A DNA stretch of 64,000 bases from Octopus sinensis (lineage: Eukaryota), in contig NC_042999.1 in the NCBI RefSeq assembly GCF_006345805.1, forward strand, positions 3,534,001-3,598,000. The letters run 5' to 3'. Shown piece by piece: positions 1 to 12,262 of this stretch (position 1 is its first letter; every line of letters begins with the position of its first letter). The translations under genes were made by a program, and so were the position numbers. The notes under the pieces are model-generated. The model saw only the letters and a list, made by a program, of their open reading frames with translations. It did not search any database and was not told the origin of the DNA.

Positions 1-950
1 ATTAGTGAAACGTGTAGTCAAGCATTGTCATGAAGAATGATTGGCCCTCTTCTGTTGACCAGTCTGGGACGAAGGAGTAGCAATTTTTCATTCATTTTGG
101 CAATTTCATGGCAATATGTTTCTGCAGTAATGGTTTTTTCAGGTTTTAAGAAGTTATAGTGGATGAGTCCAGCAGTACACCACCAAACAGTCACCATAAC
201 CTTATTTTTGAAGAGCTCTGATTCAGGGAAGGTTTTCGGCGCTCAGTGCTTCATTTTGGCCCAACCACTGCGAAGACCATTTTTTATTATTGTACAGAAT
301 CTACTTTTCATCACAAGTTACAATACAATTGAGAACTGGATCAGTCTGGTTATGGAGAAGAAGTGACAAGCAAATTTCATATCTGCGCATTTTCTGATTT
401 CCATTCAAATCATGTGCTACACATTTGTTGAGCTTTTTTGATTTCCTGATTACATGCAAATGGTTGCAGACAGTTTTCTAACTAATTTGAAGTTCTTTTA
501 CCAGTTCTCGAGTAGTCTTAAGTGGATCTTTCTCAATGACGGTCTTTAATTAATCATCATCAAGGACAGATGGGCGTCCATAATGCTCAGGATCTTCAAG
601 GCTCAGGTCTCCACTGCAAAATCATTTAAAATGTTTTGAGATGACCACTCATTGGTCATTTCCTCACCAAACATTTCATTGATATCACGAGCAGTTTTAG
701 CTGCTTTATGTCCTTTTTTGAAGTTGAATAGCAAAATTGCTTGAATATCGAGCTTTGACAGTTCCATTTCAGATGATTGTAACAATGGTGAAAAAATGTC
801 AATGTTAATTTATCGATGCATTTGGGCAAGTCTATATCTGTAATATCAGACAATTGCAAAAACAATGCTTAAAATAAATTCAAAACTACAAAAATCCAGT
901 ACAAATTCTTCATGACTCAAGACGTTGCTTACTTTTTACTCAACCTGATA
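1..950 (-). mobile_element. Decayed mariner (Tc1/mariner) DNA transposon, truncated by window start
   Basis: ORF 603-785(-) MELSKLDIQAILLFNFKKGHKAAKTARDINEMFGEE resembles a mariner N-terminal HTH. Frameshifted continuation has IVTCDEK and ILHDNA motifs. TIR-like end TATCAGGTTGAGTAAAAAGTAAGC near 925-950. Confidence 0.9.
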
Positions 951-967
951 GTAACGTTTGTATGTGC

Positions 968-1356
968 AACTAACGGTATCGCCCGGCGTTGCTCGGGTTT
1001 GTAAGGAAAATAACTATATAAGCATTTTTAGAGATGTAAAGTATAATAGCCATCTCTTTATGGCTAACCACAAGGGGGGGGGGTTACATATACGTTCTGA
1101 GATTTAATAATAAATTTTTAGAGAGTTACTTCCCTTATATATGCCAAAAGTGCATTAAAAATGGGGAAAATTGATGGTAAATTGTTTTTTAAATCGTAGA
1201 CTCATCGTAGACGCGCGCTAATACATAGAAGGGCTCGATATGAATCACGACTATAAGATACCCGGTTTTGGTTAAACTGCACCACAAAATGTGGGAGTAG
1301 TTAGGAATCTAAATCGTAGGAGACAGACACACAACTTGACTTTTATATATAAAGAT
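968..1356 (+). mobile_element. Non-autonomous Helentron/Helitron-like (DINE/HINE-type) element
   Basis: Starts AACTAAC..GCCCGGCGTTGCTCGGG (subterminal hairpin) and ends ...GACAGACACACAACTTGACTTTTATATATAAAGAT, an architecture typical of HINEs. Confidence 0.65.
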
Positions 1357-2159
1357 GTCACTCTCTCACACTTTCTATGTGTGTATATTTCTGTGTGTAC
1401 ATGTGTGTGTATGTGTACATTTGTTCAGTGCCAAAATGTACTGCTGCCAAAACGAGCTGAGTGTGCAGTCAGTTGCACCCAATCATCACATTCTGTAGCA
1501 GAACAAGAGTTTGGGATCAGCTGCCTTGTAGATGTATAGTTGTATATCTTTATGTTTTAAATTGCAATCCTACAAAACTATACCATTTCCTACCATCTTA
1601 GGTCTACAAAATGTGTACCAGTCATATACTTGTTTCTCTATAGAGCTAAATATTCCATTTCCTTAAGCTGCGGGACTTTGTACCGAAGTTAAATGTTAGA
1701 AGTTGTTAATTATTTGAACCAAACTCTCGTGGCATGTACACTGGAAACAAAAATCTCCTGTAAGTCAAAAAAGCACCGAATATATAGGCATAACAAAAAG
1801 ACTGTTTAAACAACCTGGAACACCTAGTGTTCTAGAGAAAAGATGCTAAAGAAAAAGGAGTGGTATAGGGGGGAAAAAACATACACAGTGGAAACTTCTT
1901 GAAGCCAATTGCTGAGAATTTGATAAAAACCTTTCTGATATTCTATATTTTAAACAAAAATGCAGCAGAAATAGATACATACATTATTAAGATTACATTT
2001 TCATGATGTGAGAAAATATAGAAAGTAATATAAAAACAATATTTCTATGAAATTTTATATATTAGTTTTTCTTTTATGTTTTTTTACTCACACATTTTGC
2101 ACATATCCTCTCTGTTGTATTTCTCTTTCCTTTCACTGTATATGTATACATCCATGTCT

Positions 2160-2182
2160 CTGTGTGTGCATGTATATATATG

Positions 2183-2249
<67 letters not shown>

Positions 2250-2486
2250 TTATATATATTTACATATACATATTTATATATGCATAGATAGATAGATAGA
2301 TAGATATACCATTTGTATGTGCTGGTATATATTATTTGTGTGTGTGCACACAAAGAAATAGACAAAGAAACAGAAGAAAGATGCATGTATATTAACTCCA
2401 GTTTTCATATATACATATGCTTTAATAAATATCTATCTGTCACATATGCTAATAACATGTGTGTGTGTGAAGCAGATACATACATG

Positions 2487-2546
<60 letters not shown>

Positions 2547-2560
2547 GTATGTATATGTAT
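2160..2560. repeat. (TA)n/(TG)n/(GATA)n microsatellite cluster
   Basis: Directly visible simple repeats. Confidence 0.95.
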
Positions 2561-2867
2561 ATAACCATCATACATTAATATACATACATGTTTTTATGCA
2601 TGGGAAAACTATGTCCATAAAAAGAGTGCAGAAGAATCCGAAAAATGTCTAATTTGAAGAAAATAATTTGTATTGATTTCAACTTTCAGAATAAAATAAA
2701 GAAATTTTCTCAATTTTGAAAATTGCTCTCTCCTTATCCTCCGTCGGAATCCTGTTGTGAAGAATCTATTCTTCAAAAGAAAAGAAAGAAGGAAGGAAAA
2801 AGAGGAGAACAACAACTAACAAAAAAGGAAAAATGAAACGTAGATTATTCAAACAGAAATATTTTCG

Positions 2868-3160
2868 TACATACATACATACATATATATATACATACAT
2901 ACATACATATATATATACATCATACATACATACATACATAATACATATATATATAGATATATATACATACATAATATATATACATATATACATACATATA
3001 TAACATACATATATATACATACATACATACATATATATACATAATACATATATATATACATATATACATATATATACATATATATATACATACATACATA
3101 TACATACATATATATATATACAACATATATATATATATATACATACATATATATATATAC

Positions 3161-3195
<35 letters not shown>

Positions 3196-3432
3196 ACATA
3201 CATATATATAATACATATATATACATACATATATATATAATACATACATATATATATACATACATATATATATATATATATACATACATATATATATATA
3301 CATATATATACATACATATATATACATATATATATTATATATATATATATATATATACATATATATTATACATACATATATATAATACATATATATATAT
3401 ACATACATATATATATACATACATATATATAT

Positions 3433-3463
<31 letters not shown>

Positions 3464-3749
3464 CATACATATATATATATATATATACATACATTACATA
3501 TATATATATCCATACATACATATATATATATACATACATCATACATACATATATATACATACATACATACATATATATACATACATACATACATACATAT
3601 ATATACATACATACATACATACATATACATACATACATACATATACATACATACATATATATACATACATACATACATACATATACATACATACATACAT
3701 ACATATACATACATACATACATACATATACATACATACATACATATACA

Positions 3750-3814
<65 letters not shown>

Positions 3815-3830
3815 ATATATATATACACTC
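2868..3830. repeat. About 960-bp compound (TA)n/(TACA)n microsatellite
   Basis: Directly visible; source of the spurious YIYI/MYVC ORFs. Confidence 0.97.
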
Positions 3831-4049
3831 ATGCGCACGCATTTTAGCAGTGTTAGTCTATAATTTGCTTCAGATGAATTTGTATAGAACCAAAGAGTGA
3901 GTTAATTATCTTTGCAATTTTTGCTGTAGGTTATTTATATGTTAAATGTGCTTGTGATGTTAACATCTCGTGTTTGTGAAGCCTTTTCGTTGTTTTTTTT
4001 TATACATTAAGTGTTGTTGCTGTTGTTGTTGTTTTTCCTTATGTTGTGT

Positions 4050-4089
<40 letters not shown>

Positions 4090-5002
4090 AAGCATGCGTT
4101 TCTATATCTATTGCAAAATGATTTTTGACATTGCATTTGCTATCCATAATCGTAATCTCGATATTTCAAAATAAGTAGAAGGAATCTTTCAGACACTGAA
4201 AATTGTAAGAAAAAGCAAAAAAAAGAAAAAAAAAAAAAATTTAATAAAATAAAATACAAAAAAATACAAAAAAAAGTAGATAGGAGGAGTAGGAGCAGCA
4301 GCAGCAACAAAAGAAGAAAAGAAAGAAAAGAAGAATCAGACACAGAGAACGCAAAAACAAAAATCTAAAAAGAACCAGGTAAATAAACGAAAATTAAAAC
4401 TACAACAAATATATATTAAAAAAAAGCAAATATAAAGAAAAAGGAAGATTTTGTGTAGGAAAACATATTTTCGAGTCTTACATTGATAAAATTTTCTGTA
4501 AGGGCTGTTTTTTACCTTACCCCGTTTTACTTAATTTCTTTTTTTTTTTAATCCTTATTAACTTTAGAATTCCAGGAAAAAAAATCTGATAATTTTTACT
4601 GTTCACTATGAAACTCAATATTTATTGTCTTCTATTTCACAATGTGGCTTTTTTGGAAAATGAAACATCCAATTATTGCCCTGATTGCATTAGAATAATT
4701 TTTCCTTTCCTTCTTCTTTGTTTGTTTCTTTTTTTTTTTCTTTTTGGCTCTAACATTAAGTTTAGATCTCTCTATTCTCTTTATATCTAATGAAACACTT
4801 GAATATACACACACATATACATAACCGAAAATGCACATATACACCCTCGCACGAACGCAAACAAGTATTCTCTCGGAATTAGTTTAAAATGTTATTTGCA
4901 AGAACAACAGGAAGAAGTTGAAGATTAAAGAAGAAAAAAAAAAGATACATCTTTTCTAACTAAGCTCAAAATTTAGATAGTCAAAGAAAATTTTAGTCTC
5001 AA

Positions 5003-5094
5003 TCAGCACCATGAACTTTTCAGTGAAATAATCGGTAATTTTCCTGCCAGTAACAAGGATAACAATCTTTCCGAATCTGTTTTGTTTTTATAAT
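5003..5094 (-). CDS. Candidate terminal coding exon, product unknown
   Basis: Acceptor atgcttttag. Two frames stay open to a stop: (x)YKNKTDSERLLSLLLAGKLPIISLKSSWC* or IIKTKQIRKDCYPCYWQENYRLFH*. No homology recognised. Confidence 0.2.
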
Positions 5095-5219
5095 CTAAAA
5101 GCATTGTTAGAACGGTTTCAGTTTATATTCCAAGATTACAACTTGATTATAAGTTAAGATACACAAAGACAATGAAAATAAGAAGGGAGATGAACTAGCA
5201 TGCTTTGGAAATAAATCAA

Positions 5220-5588
5220 CACACATCATACATACGTATAGACAGGCAGTGAAACACAGAGACGCATTGTTACATACACTCACATACACACACATAAATG
5301 CAGAGGTACACATACATACATACATACATACACAGTACATACATGCATGTGTGCTTTCATAGTTGCAAAACGAGTACATAGATGTTTGCATACACATACA
5401 TACATCTACTTGCATACACATATACATACATACATACCTACATACATACATACATATGCAAAGCACTGCCTACACCCAGACAATACATATCATGTACATA
5501 AACACACACACATATATAAATATACATACATATGCATATACAAACATACATATACACAAATACATATACACATATACACACATACATA

Positions 5589-5640
<52 letters not shown>

Positions 5641-5685
5641 TACATACACATAAATATACACATACATAGACATATACATCTATTC
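5220..5685. repeat. (CA)n/(TACA)n/(TA)n microsatellite cluster
   Basis: Directly visible. Confidence 0.9.
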
Positions 5686-6299
5686 ATTTAATGTTTGTTA
5701 TTCTTTTTGTTTTTGCTGTGGGATAGGCAAGAACTTATTTGAGGCAAGAATTTTAGAGCCAAGTTGGTCCATCGAACCATAAAACCATGCTTGAAACAAG
5801 TCCTTTCTTCTTTGGAATAATATGCTAAATGAATGAAGATCTAAATATATATGTCTATGATTATATGTTCTTGTGTGTGTGTGTGTATGATGCAATGAAC
5901 ACTATGGACAATGAAAGGAAAAAAGAGCTTCAGCAGGAGAAAGACATCAGGATTGAAAAAGAAAAGAGAGAGATATAAAGAAGAATGAGGTGGGAAAGCA
6001 GTTCTATGGAGGGACATTGAGGTGGGACGATGCAGATATGTATATGCATGTATAGGAATGTATCCATGGATATCATAACGTAGGGGAGAGCCATGGGGTG
6101 TGTGTGTGGAACAGTGCATGGGCAAACATTCATTCCCCATGCTGGCATAGGTTCGCTAGGTCAAGATTTAGCAAGTAGAAAAAACACTTGGGGCTCCAAT
6201 GTCTCTTTTTAGCATGGCTTCTACAACTAGATGCCCTTCCTAAGGCCAACCGCTTAACAGACTGTATGAAGGGGTGGCATGCTGAAATTTTCCTGGCTT

Positions 6300-6520
6300 T
6301 GAGTAAAAGAAAATGCAGGAGGATCAGTTAATTATGATTTCATTGAACTTATTCCCCTCTCAGGTTCACACGCTTATTGCAGCAGTCCTTCAGTTTTTCT
6401 AAACCCTTAAAAGAACTTGAAAGGTTGGACCTCTGATCAGGTATTTTGCGATACCCTTAAAGCCAGGATCTTTGCGGAACCCCTCGTACATGGGTTATTT
6501 TTCATGGCATCAGCACTCGT
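6300..6520 (-). mobile_element. Old mariner C-terminal fragment
   Basis: Minus translation ..FKFF*GFRKTEGLLQ*ACEPERG.. loosely resembles a mariner C-terminus. Confidence 0.3.
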
Positions 6521-6540
6521 GACATACCATGTAGCTCACA

Positions 6541-6768
6541 AGGAGTGGCTGAGTGTTAAATAGCTTGCTTACCAACCACATGGTTCCGGGATCATTTGCA
6601 CTGCGTGGCACCTTAGGCAAGTGTCTTCTACTATAGCCTCGGGCCGACCAAAGCCTTGTGAGTGGATTTGGGAGACAGAAACTGAAAGAAGCCCGACGTA
6701 TATATGTATATATGTATGTGTGTGTGTGTGTCTATGTTTGTCCCCCCAACATCGCTTGACAACCGATG
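6541..6768 (+). mobile_element. SINE family A (tRNA-like head, CORE-like box), 5' half
   Basis: AGGAGTGGCTG..ACCAACCACATGGTTCCGGG..CACCTTAGGCAAGTGTCTTCTACTATAGCCTCGGGCCGACCAAAGCCTTGTGAGTGGATTTGG, shared with about 20 copies in the window. Confidence 0.85.
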
Positions 6769-6885
6769 AGCCACTACATGAAAGAGGGAAGCAGTTTTAT
6801 TCTAGAAGATGAGGGGTTAAAGTATGAAAGAATCTACTAAACTAGAACAGGTTTCTGGCTGCAGGGGTGCCACATGGTTACTCAC

Positions 6886-6921
6886 ATTATAGCAGAGAAG
6901 GTAAAAGTAACAAGAGAGGAG
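6886..6921 (-). CDS. Candidate 36-nt microexon
   Basis: gttttctctctctttgcag|36 nt|gtgagtaa; open as LLSCYFYLLCYN or SSLVTFTFSAI. Confidence 0.35.
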
Positions 6922-7382
6922 CTGCAAAGAGAGAGAAAACAGATAACAGAAGTGATATTAATAAATTCAACGCAGCTGAGATAGCTTCTGTTGCTGCAGA
7001 AGTTATTACAAATGAGACAGCATAAGACAATGGCCGTACAAGGGTTTGAATTGAAGTGGTCATTCATCCAATATCTTAATCACACAGCACAACTGTATCT
7101 AACAAATTGCATGACTATTACACTTCCTTCCATTTACTTCACCCACCTCCATCCGTTGCAACCAATAAATCACTGGTGCTTGATAGATACCTGATACATC
7201 TTCACATCCTGACATGTTGAGCTGTCTGATTCTCTCTTCATCACACCACTGCATGAGATAAATATATCAGTCTTTATCCAACTTTCACACAAAATAAGTT
7301 CGGTCACATAACTAATTCACTGCAATTGTCCTTTTCTGTATTAAATATAAATCTCAGAACTAAGCATAAAACTTCGACTAGA

Positions 7383-7467
<85 letters not shown>

Positions 7468-7472
7468 ATATA

Positions 7473-7880
7473 GGTGCAGGAGTGGCTGTGTGGTAAGTAG
7501 GTTGTTTACCAACCACATGGTTCCGAGTTCAGTCCCACTGCGTGGCACCTTGGGCAAGTGTCTTCTACTATAGCCCCGGGCCGACCAAAGCCTTGTGAGT
7601 GGATTTGGTAGACGGAAACTGAAAGAAGCCCGTCGTATATATATGGGTATATATATGTATGTGCGTGTATGTTTGTGTGTCTGTGTCTGTCCCCCTAGCA
7701 TTGCTTGACAACCGATGCTGGTGTGTTTATGTCCCCGTCACTTAGCGGTTCGGCAAAAGAGACCGATAGAATAAGTACTGGCCTTACAAAGAATAAGTCC
7801 CGGGGTCGAGTTGCTCGATTAAAGGCGGTGCTCCAGCATGGCCACAGTCAAATGACTGAAACAAGTAAAAAGAAAAGAAA
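7473..7880 (+). mobile_element. SINE family A, full length
   Basis: Head GGTGCAGGAGTGGCTGTGTGGTAAG, CCTTGGGCAAGT box, internal TA/TG microsatellite, 3' part ending CAAATGACTGAAACAAGTAAAA. Confidence 0.9.
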
Positions 7881-7907
7881 AAAGAAATATATATATATAT
7901 ATATATA

Positions 7908-8210
7908 GGTGCAGGAGTGGCTGTGTGGTATGAAGCTTGCTTCCCAACCACATGGTTCCAGGTTCAGTCCCACTGCATGACACTTTGGTCAAGTGTCTTC
8001 TACTATGGCCTTGGGTTGCCCAAAGCCTTCCAAGTGGATTTTGGGAGACAGAAACTGAAAGAAGCCTGGCATGTATGTGTGTATATATATATCAGTTCAC
8101 AAAAGAGACCGATAGAATAAGTACTAGGCATGCAAAGTCGTAGGGTTGATTTGTTCAACTAAATGTGGTAGTCCAGCATGGCCACAGTTAAATGACTGAA
8201 ACAAGTAAAA
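7908..8210 (+). mobile_element. SINE family A, internally deleted
   Basis: Same head and tail as 7473-7880. Confidence 0.85.
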
Positions 8211-8244
8211 ATTTACTGTTGTACATATATATAAAATATATATG

Positions 8245-8430
8245 TTGGACCACTGAACACATTTTTTTTCATTCTCTCTCTATTTATTTCCTCTCATTCC
8301 TTTCTGTCAAAGAGAATAGAATCAAAATGTAAAAGACATTTCCATTTTTCCCAAGCATTAAACTACTACACCTGCTTGTTATTCATACACCTGTCTTCTT
8401 TTTTATTTTTCTATAAATCTGAACTAGTGT
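8245..8430 (+). mobile_element. Decayed short Penelope-like element (relative of 26228-26425)
   Basis: CTTTCTGTCAAAGAGAATAGAATCAAAATGTAAAAGAC aligns with the hammerhead-like core at 26306-26341; flanked by (TA)n. Confidence 0.5.
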
Positions 8431-8459
8431 ATAAATATATATATAAAGATATATGTGTG

Positions 8460-8968
8460 AAATCAAAATCAAAATCAAATCAAATCAAATCAAACCAAAT
8501 CAAAATAGATGAACATCAATGGAATTTGTATCTTTGTGGTTCCAGTGCCGGTGACACATAAGAAAACCGTCCGAACGTGGCCGTAGCCAGTACCGCATCG
8601 ACTGGCCTCCGTGCTGAGGGCACATAACAAACACCATCCGATCGTGGCCGTTCGCCAGCCTCGTCTGGCACCTGTGTCGGTGGCACATAAAAAACACCAT
8701 CCGAGCGTGGCCGTCTGCCAGCCTCGTCTGGCACCTGTGTCGGTGGCACATAAAAAACACCATCCGAGCGTGGCCGTCTGCCAGCCTCATCTGGCCCCTG
8801 TGTCGGTGGCACATAAAATCACCCACTACACTCTCGGAGTGGTTGGCATCCAGCTGTAGAAACACTGCCAGATCTGACTGGCCTGGTGCAGCCTTCGGGC
8901 TCACCAGACCCCAGTTGAACCGTCCAACCCATGCTAGCATGGAAAGCGGACGTTAAACGATGATGATG

Positions 8969-8970
<2 letters not shown>
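8460..8970 (+). mobile_element. 5'-truncated RTE LINE 3' region with 63-bp tandem triplication
   Basis: Ends GGACGTTAAACGATGATGATGAT; same 3' sequence as the LINE at 10213-11765. CCGAGCG recurs at 8701 and 8764. Confidence 0.85.
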
Positions 8971-8999
<29 letters not shown>

Positions 9000-9203
9000 A
9001 GGTGAATTGGTAATTCACCCTTAGAATTACCAAACAGCCAGTAATATTACGGTATACTTCCAAGTCTAGGTTTAGGCATTCTCCATGTGTGAAAATAAAA
9101 CTCAATAAAATAGAGTCAACAAGAAAGAGTACGGTGTGTGCATGTGTGTGTGTGTGTGTGTGTGTGTAAATATATATATGTAAACATATGTATAAATATA
9201 TAA

Positions 9204-9232
<29 letters not shown>

Positions 9233-9235
<3 letters not shown>

Positions 9236-9390
9236 GAAAAAACAAGTCAAAATAGAAAATGCTAAAATAATTTTATAAAGAACATTTCAGTACCGGTTTC
9301 GGTCATTTTGAGACCTTTTCAACTGTAACGATTAAATAATTAAATTTAGAAAAATTAAAAGAAAAGTTTTTTTTAAAGGAATATTTGTAT
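9233..9390 (-). mobile_element. Short Penelope/retrozyme-like element with hammerhead core
   Basis: Near-identical copy at 15079-15227; sits next to (TA)n. Confidence 0.65.
9288..9325 (-). ncRNA. Minimal type I hammerhead ribozyme-like motif (U3:A8 variant)
   Basis: Reverse complement: CAG-TTGAAAA-GGTC-TCAAAAT-GACC-GAAAC-CG-GTA-CTG (stem I CAG/CTG, stem II GGTC/GACC, palindromic stem III ACCGGT, GUA triplet). Confidence 0.65.
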
Positions 9391-9428
9391 AGTGTTCAAA
9401 TATAAGTTATATATATACACACACATAC

Positions 9429-9462
<34 letters not shown>

Positions 9463-9800
9463 ATGTCTGTATGCATGTATGTATGGGGATTCCTAAAGAT
9501 GCAATTGTGTGTGCGTGTGTGTGCGTGTGTGTGTGTGTGGGGGGTGTGATTGTATTTGCGAAATACTAAAATTTAGCACGTGAAACAAAGTGAAACATGT
9601 GAAACAAAGTGGTGGACAGCCAGTGTATCCAATGCCACTCATGTTGAGTGCAAAGCGGAATGGAACTGCCCGGCATGTAAACAAGCCAGTTGGATGTGTT
9701 AGCATCGAAGTCAAAGGTTTACTAATGAGGACAGAGGAGATATAACCGGTTCCCATAATACAGATAAACCATTGCCTCCTGTATATATGTGGATCCAGTG

Positions 9801-10180
9801 AAGGCGCAATGGCCCAGTAGTTAGGGCAGCGGACTCGCGGTCGTAGGATCGGGGTTTCGATTCCCAGACCGGGCGTTGTGAGTGTTTATTGAGCGAAAAC
9901 ACCTAAAGCTCCACGAGGCTCCGGCAGGGAATGGTGGTGATCCCTGCTGTGCTCTTTCACCACAACTTTCTCACATTCTTTCTTCCTGTTTCTGTTGTAC
10001 CTGTATTTCAAAGGGCCGGCCTTGTCACTCTCTGTGTCACGCTGAATATCCCCGAGAACTACGTTAAGGGTACACGTGTCTGTGGAGTGCTCAACCACTT
10101 ACACGTTAATTTCACGAGCAGGCTGTTCCGTTGATCGGATCGACTGGAACCCTCATCGTCGTAACCGACGGAGTGCTTCC
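9801..10180 (+). mobile_element. SINE family C (tRNA-like head)
   Basis: GGCGCAATGGCCCAGTAGTTAGGGCAGCGG..GGTTTCGATTCCC (A/B boxes); long match to 62388-62866 in the opposite orientation. Confidence 0.85.
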
Positions 10181-10212
10181 ATCCCATATGTGGATCTATG
10201 TTGTATCGAAAC

Positions 10213-11765
10213 AGCATCATCATCATCATTGTTTAACGTCCGTTTTCCATGCTAGCATGGGTTGGACAGATCAACCAGGGTCTGGGAAGCCAGGAGGCTG
10301 CACCAGGCTGCAGTCTGATCTGGCAGTGTTTCTACAGCTGGATGCCCTTCCTAATGCCAACCACTCTAAGTGTATTGGGTGCTTTTTACATGCCACCGGC
10401 ACAGGGGCCAGAGGAGCTGGCAAACAGCCATGATTGATTGGTGCTTTTTACATACCACCGGCACAGGTATCACAACTACAATTTCCATTTGATTTTCATT
10501 TTGATGTACTTGACTCAATAGGTCTCTTCATGCACAACAGGTTGCCCTACGATCCAAGGAACTTTTGAATGGGCTGGGGCTGGTTATGCATATCTGGTGT
10601 AGGATACAGCTGTGAACTCACTTTATTTGCCAGGTCTTCGCAGTCACAGCATATCTTCCGAGGTCTCGCCCATTCGTCAGTGCCTCTATGAGGCCCAACG
10701 TTCAAAGGTCATGCTTGACCACCTCATCCCATGTCTTCCTGGGTCTACCTCTACCCCGGATTCCTTCCAATGTTTGGGAGTGGCACTTCTTCACACAACT
10801 TTCCTCATCGATCTGTAGTACACGACCATACCAGCACAAACATCTCTCTTGCACACCACATCCGATGCTTCCTGGGTCTACCTCTACCCTGGATTCCTTC
10901 CAATGTTTGGGAGTGGCACTTCTTCACACAACTTTCCTCATCGATCTGTAGTACACGACCATACCAGCACAAACATCTCTCTTGCACACCACATCCGATG
11001 CTTCCTGGGTCTACCTCTACACCGGATTCCTTCCAATGTTTGGGAGTGGCACTTCTTCACACAACTTTCCTCATCAATCTGTAGTACCCGACCATACCAG
11101 CACAAACGTCTCTCTTGCACACCCCATCCAATGCTTCCTATGTCTAACATTTCTCTCAGAGTGCTTACACTCTGTCGTGTGTGCACACTGACATTACGCA
11201 TCCAGTGGATCATGCTAGCTTAATTTCTTTTGAGCCTACGCATGTCCTCTGCAGTCATGGCCCATGTTTCACTGCCGTGAAGCATGGCAGTTCTCACACA
11301 TGTGTCATACAATCTACCTTTCACTCTGAGTGAGAGACCCTTTGTCACCAGTAGGGGTAGAAGCTTTCTAAACTTTGCCCAGGCTATTCTTTTTCTAGTG
11401 GTAACACTCTCTGAGCACCCCCCCCCTACTAACTTGGTCACCTAGGTAGCGGAAGCTATCAACTACTTCTAGTTTCTCCCACTGGAGTGTGATGGAATCT
11501 GTTTTCTGAGCATCTGTGGTGTTTATTGCCCTTGTGCATCTGCCACACATGAAAGCTATCTTCAAGGTTAATCTTCCTTTGATGTTGTTGCATCTCTTAT
11601 GTGTCCATAGCTTACACTGGGTATATCTCATGGAGTTTCTACCTACACCTTTTCTACTGATCAAGCAGGGCCACCTTCCTGAAGGGGTGTGTGATGTGTT
11701 CGCCTTCCTACTTACTATAACTTTGATTTTTGCTACATTGACTCTAAGGCCTTTTGATTCTAACT
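10213..11765 (-). mobile_element. 5'-truncated RTE-clade LINE (end of RT, Cys-rich segment, C-terminus, 3' UTR, (GAT)n tail)
   Basis: Translations LRVNVAKIKV, KLEVVDSFRYLG, RIAWAKFRKLLPLL, KGRLYDTCVRTAMLHGSETW, RRLCWYGRV, GRGRPRK are typical of RTE ORF C-termini. Contains a 133-bp triplication at 10731-11130. Confidence 0.92.
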
Positions 11766-12222
11766 AGAACAGTATTTATTAAATAGCTGTCTAACTGTAC
11801 TCATTCTTGTTGACTCTATTTTATTGAATTAATATATATATATATATATATAAAAATGAGTAAATGTTCAAAATGAATACACGTAAAGATGTTATTATTA
11901 TTATTATGATCAGCAGCAAATCTAAATAATTGATAATAACAATAACCTAAGTGGCAGTAAGTGATGTTAGCATTAAACAGCTATACATTAAATTCTAAAC
12001 TGAATTAAAGCATACACAAAGCACCAGCTTGCTAGGGAGTGGAAGTAAAATTCCCCAACTTATCTACGAATCTCACTGAAAATATTTAAACAGACCAACA
12101 GAAATAGGGGACAAACGAGTGGAATTTAACGCATCATCTCATTTAAAAAGCTGTAGAATACGGTAACAGATATACCTGGATCATGATTTCAAATTGCAGC
12201 TAGTGTTCCAATTCTCATAAGC

Positions 12223-12260
<38 letters not shown>

Positions 12261-12262
<2 letters not shown>

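Noticed and set aside
2047-3842. Long ORFs up to 302 aa (YIYI/MYVC-rich); likewise 5107-5691, 22625-23573, 25374-25666, 27364-28342, 28500-28972
   Set aside because: They are translations of microsatellites that lack stop codons by composition.
8500-8940. Repetitive ORFs on both strands (MCHRHR../VPPTQVPDEAG..)
   Set aside because: They arise from the 63-bp in-frame tandem module in the RTE 3' UTR.
9801-9875. tRNA gene (also SINE heads at 40054, 40255, 46495, 47781, 62790)
   Set aside because: Only A/B boxes and partial arms; no complete cloverleaf, and each runs into a SINE body.
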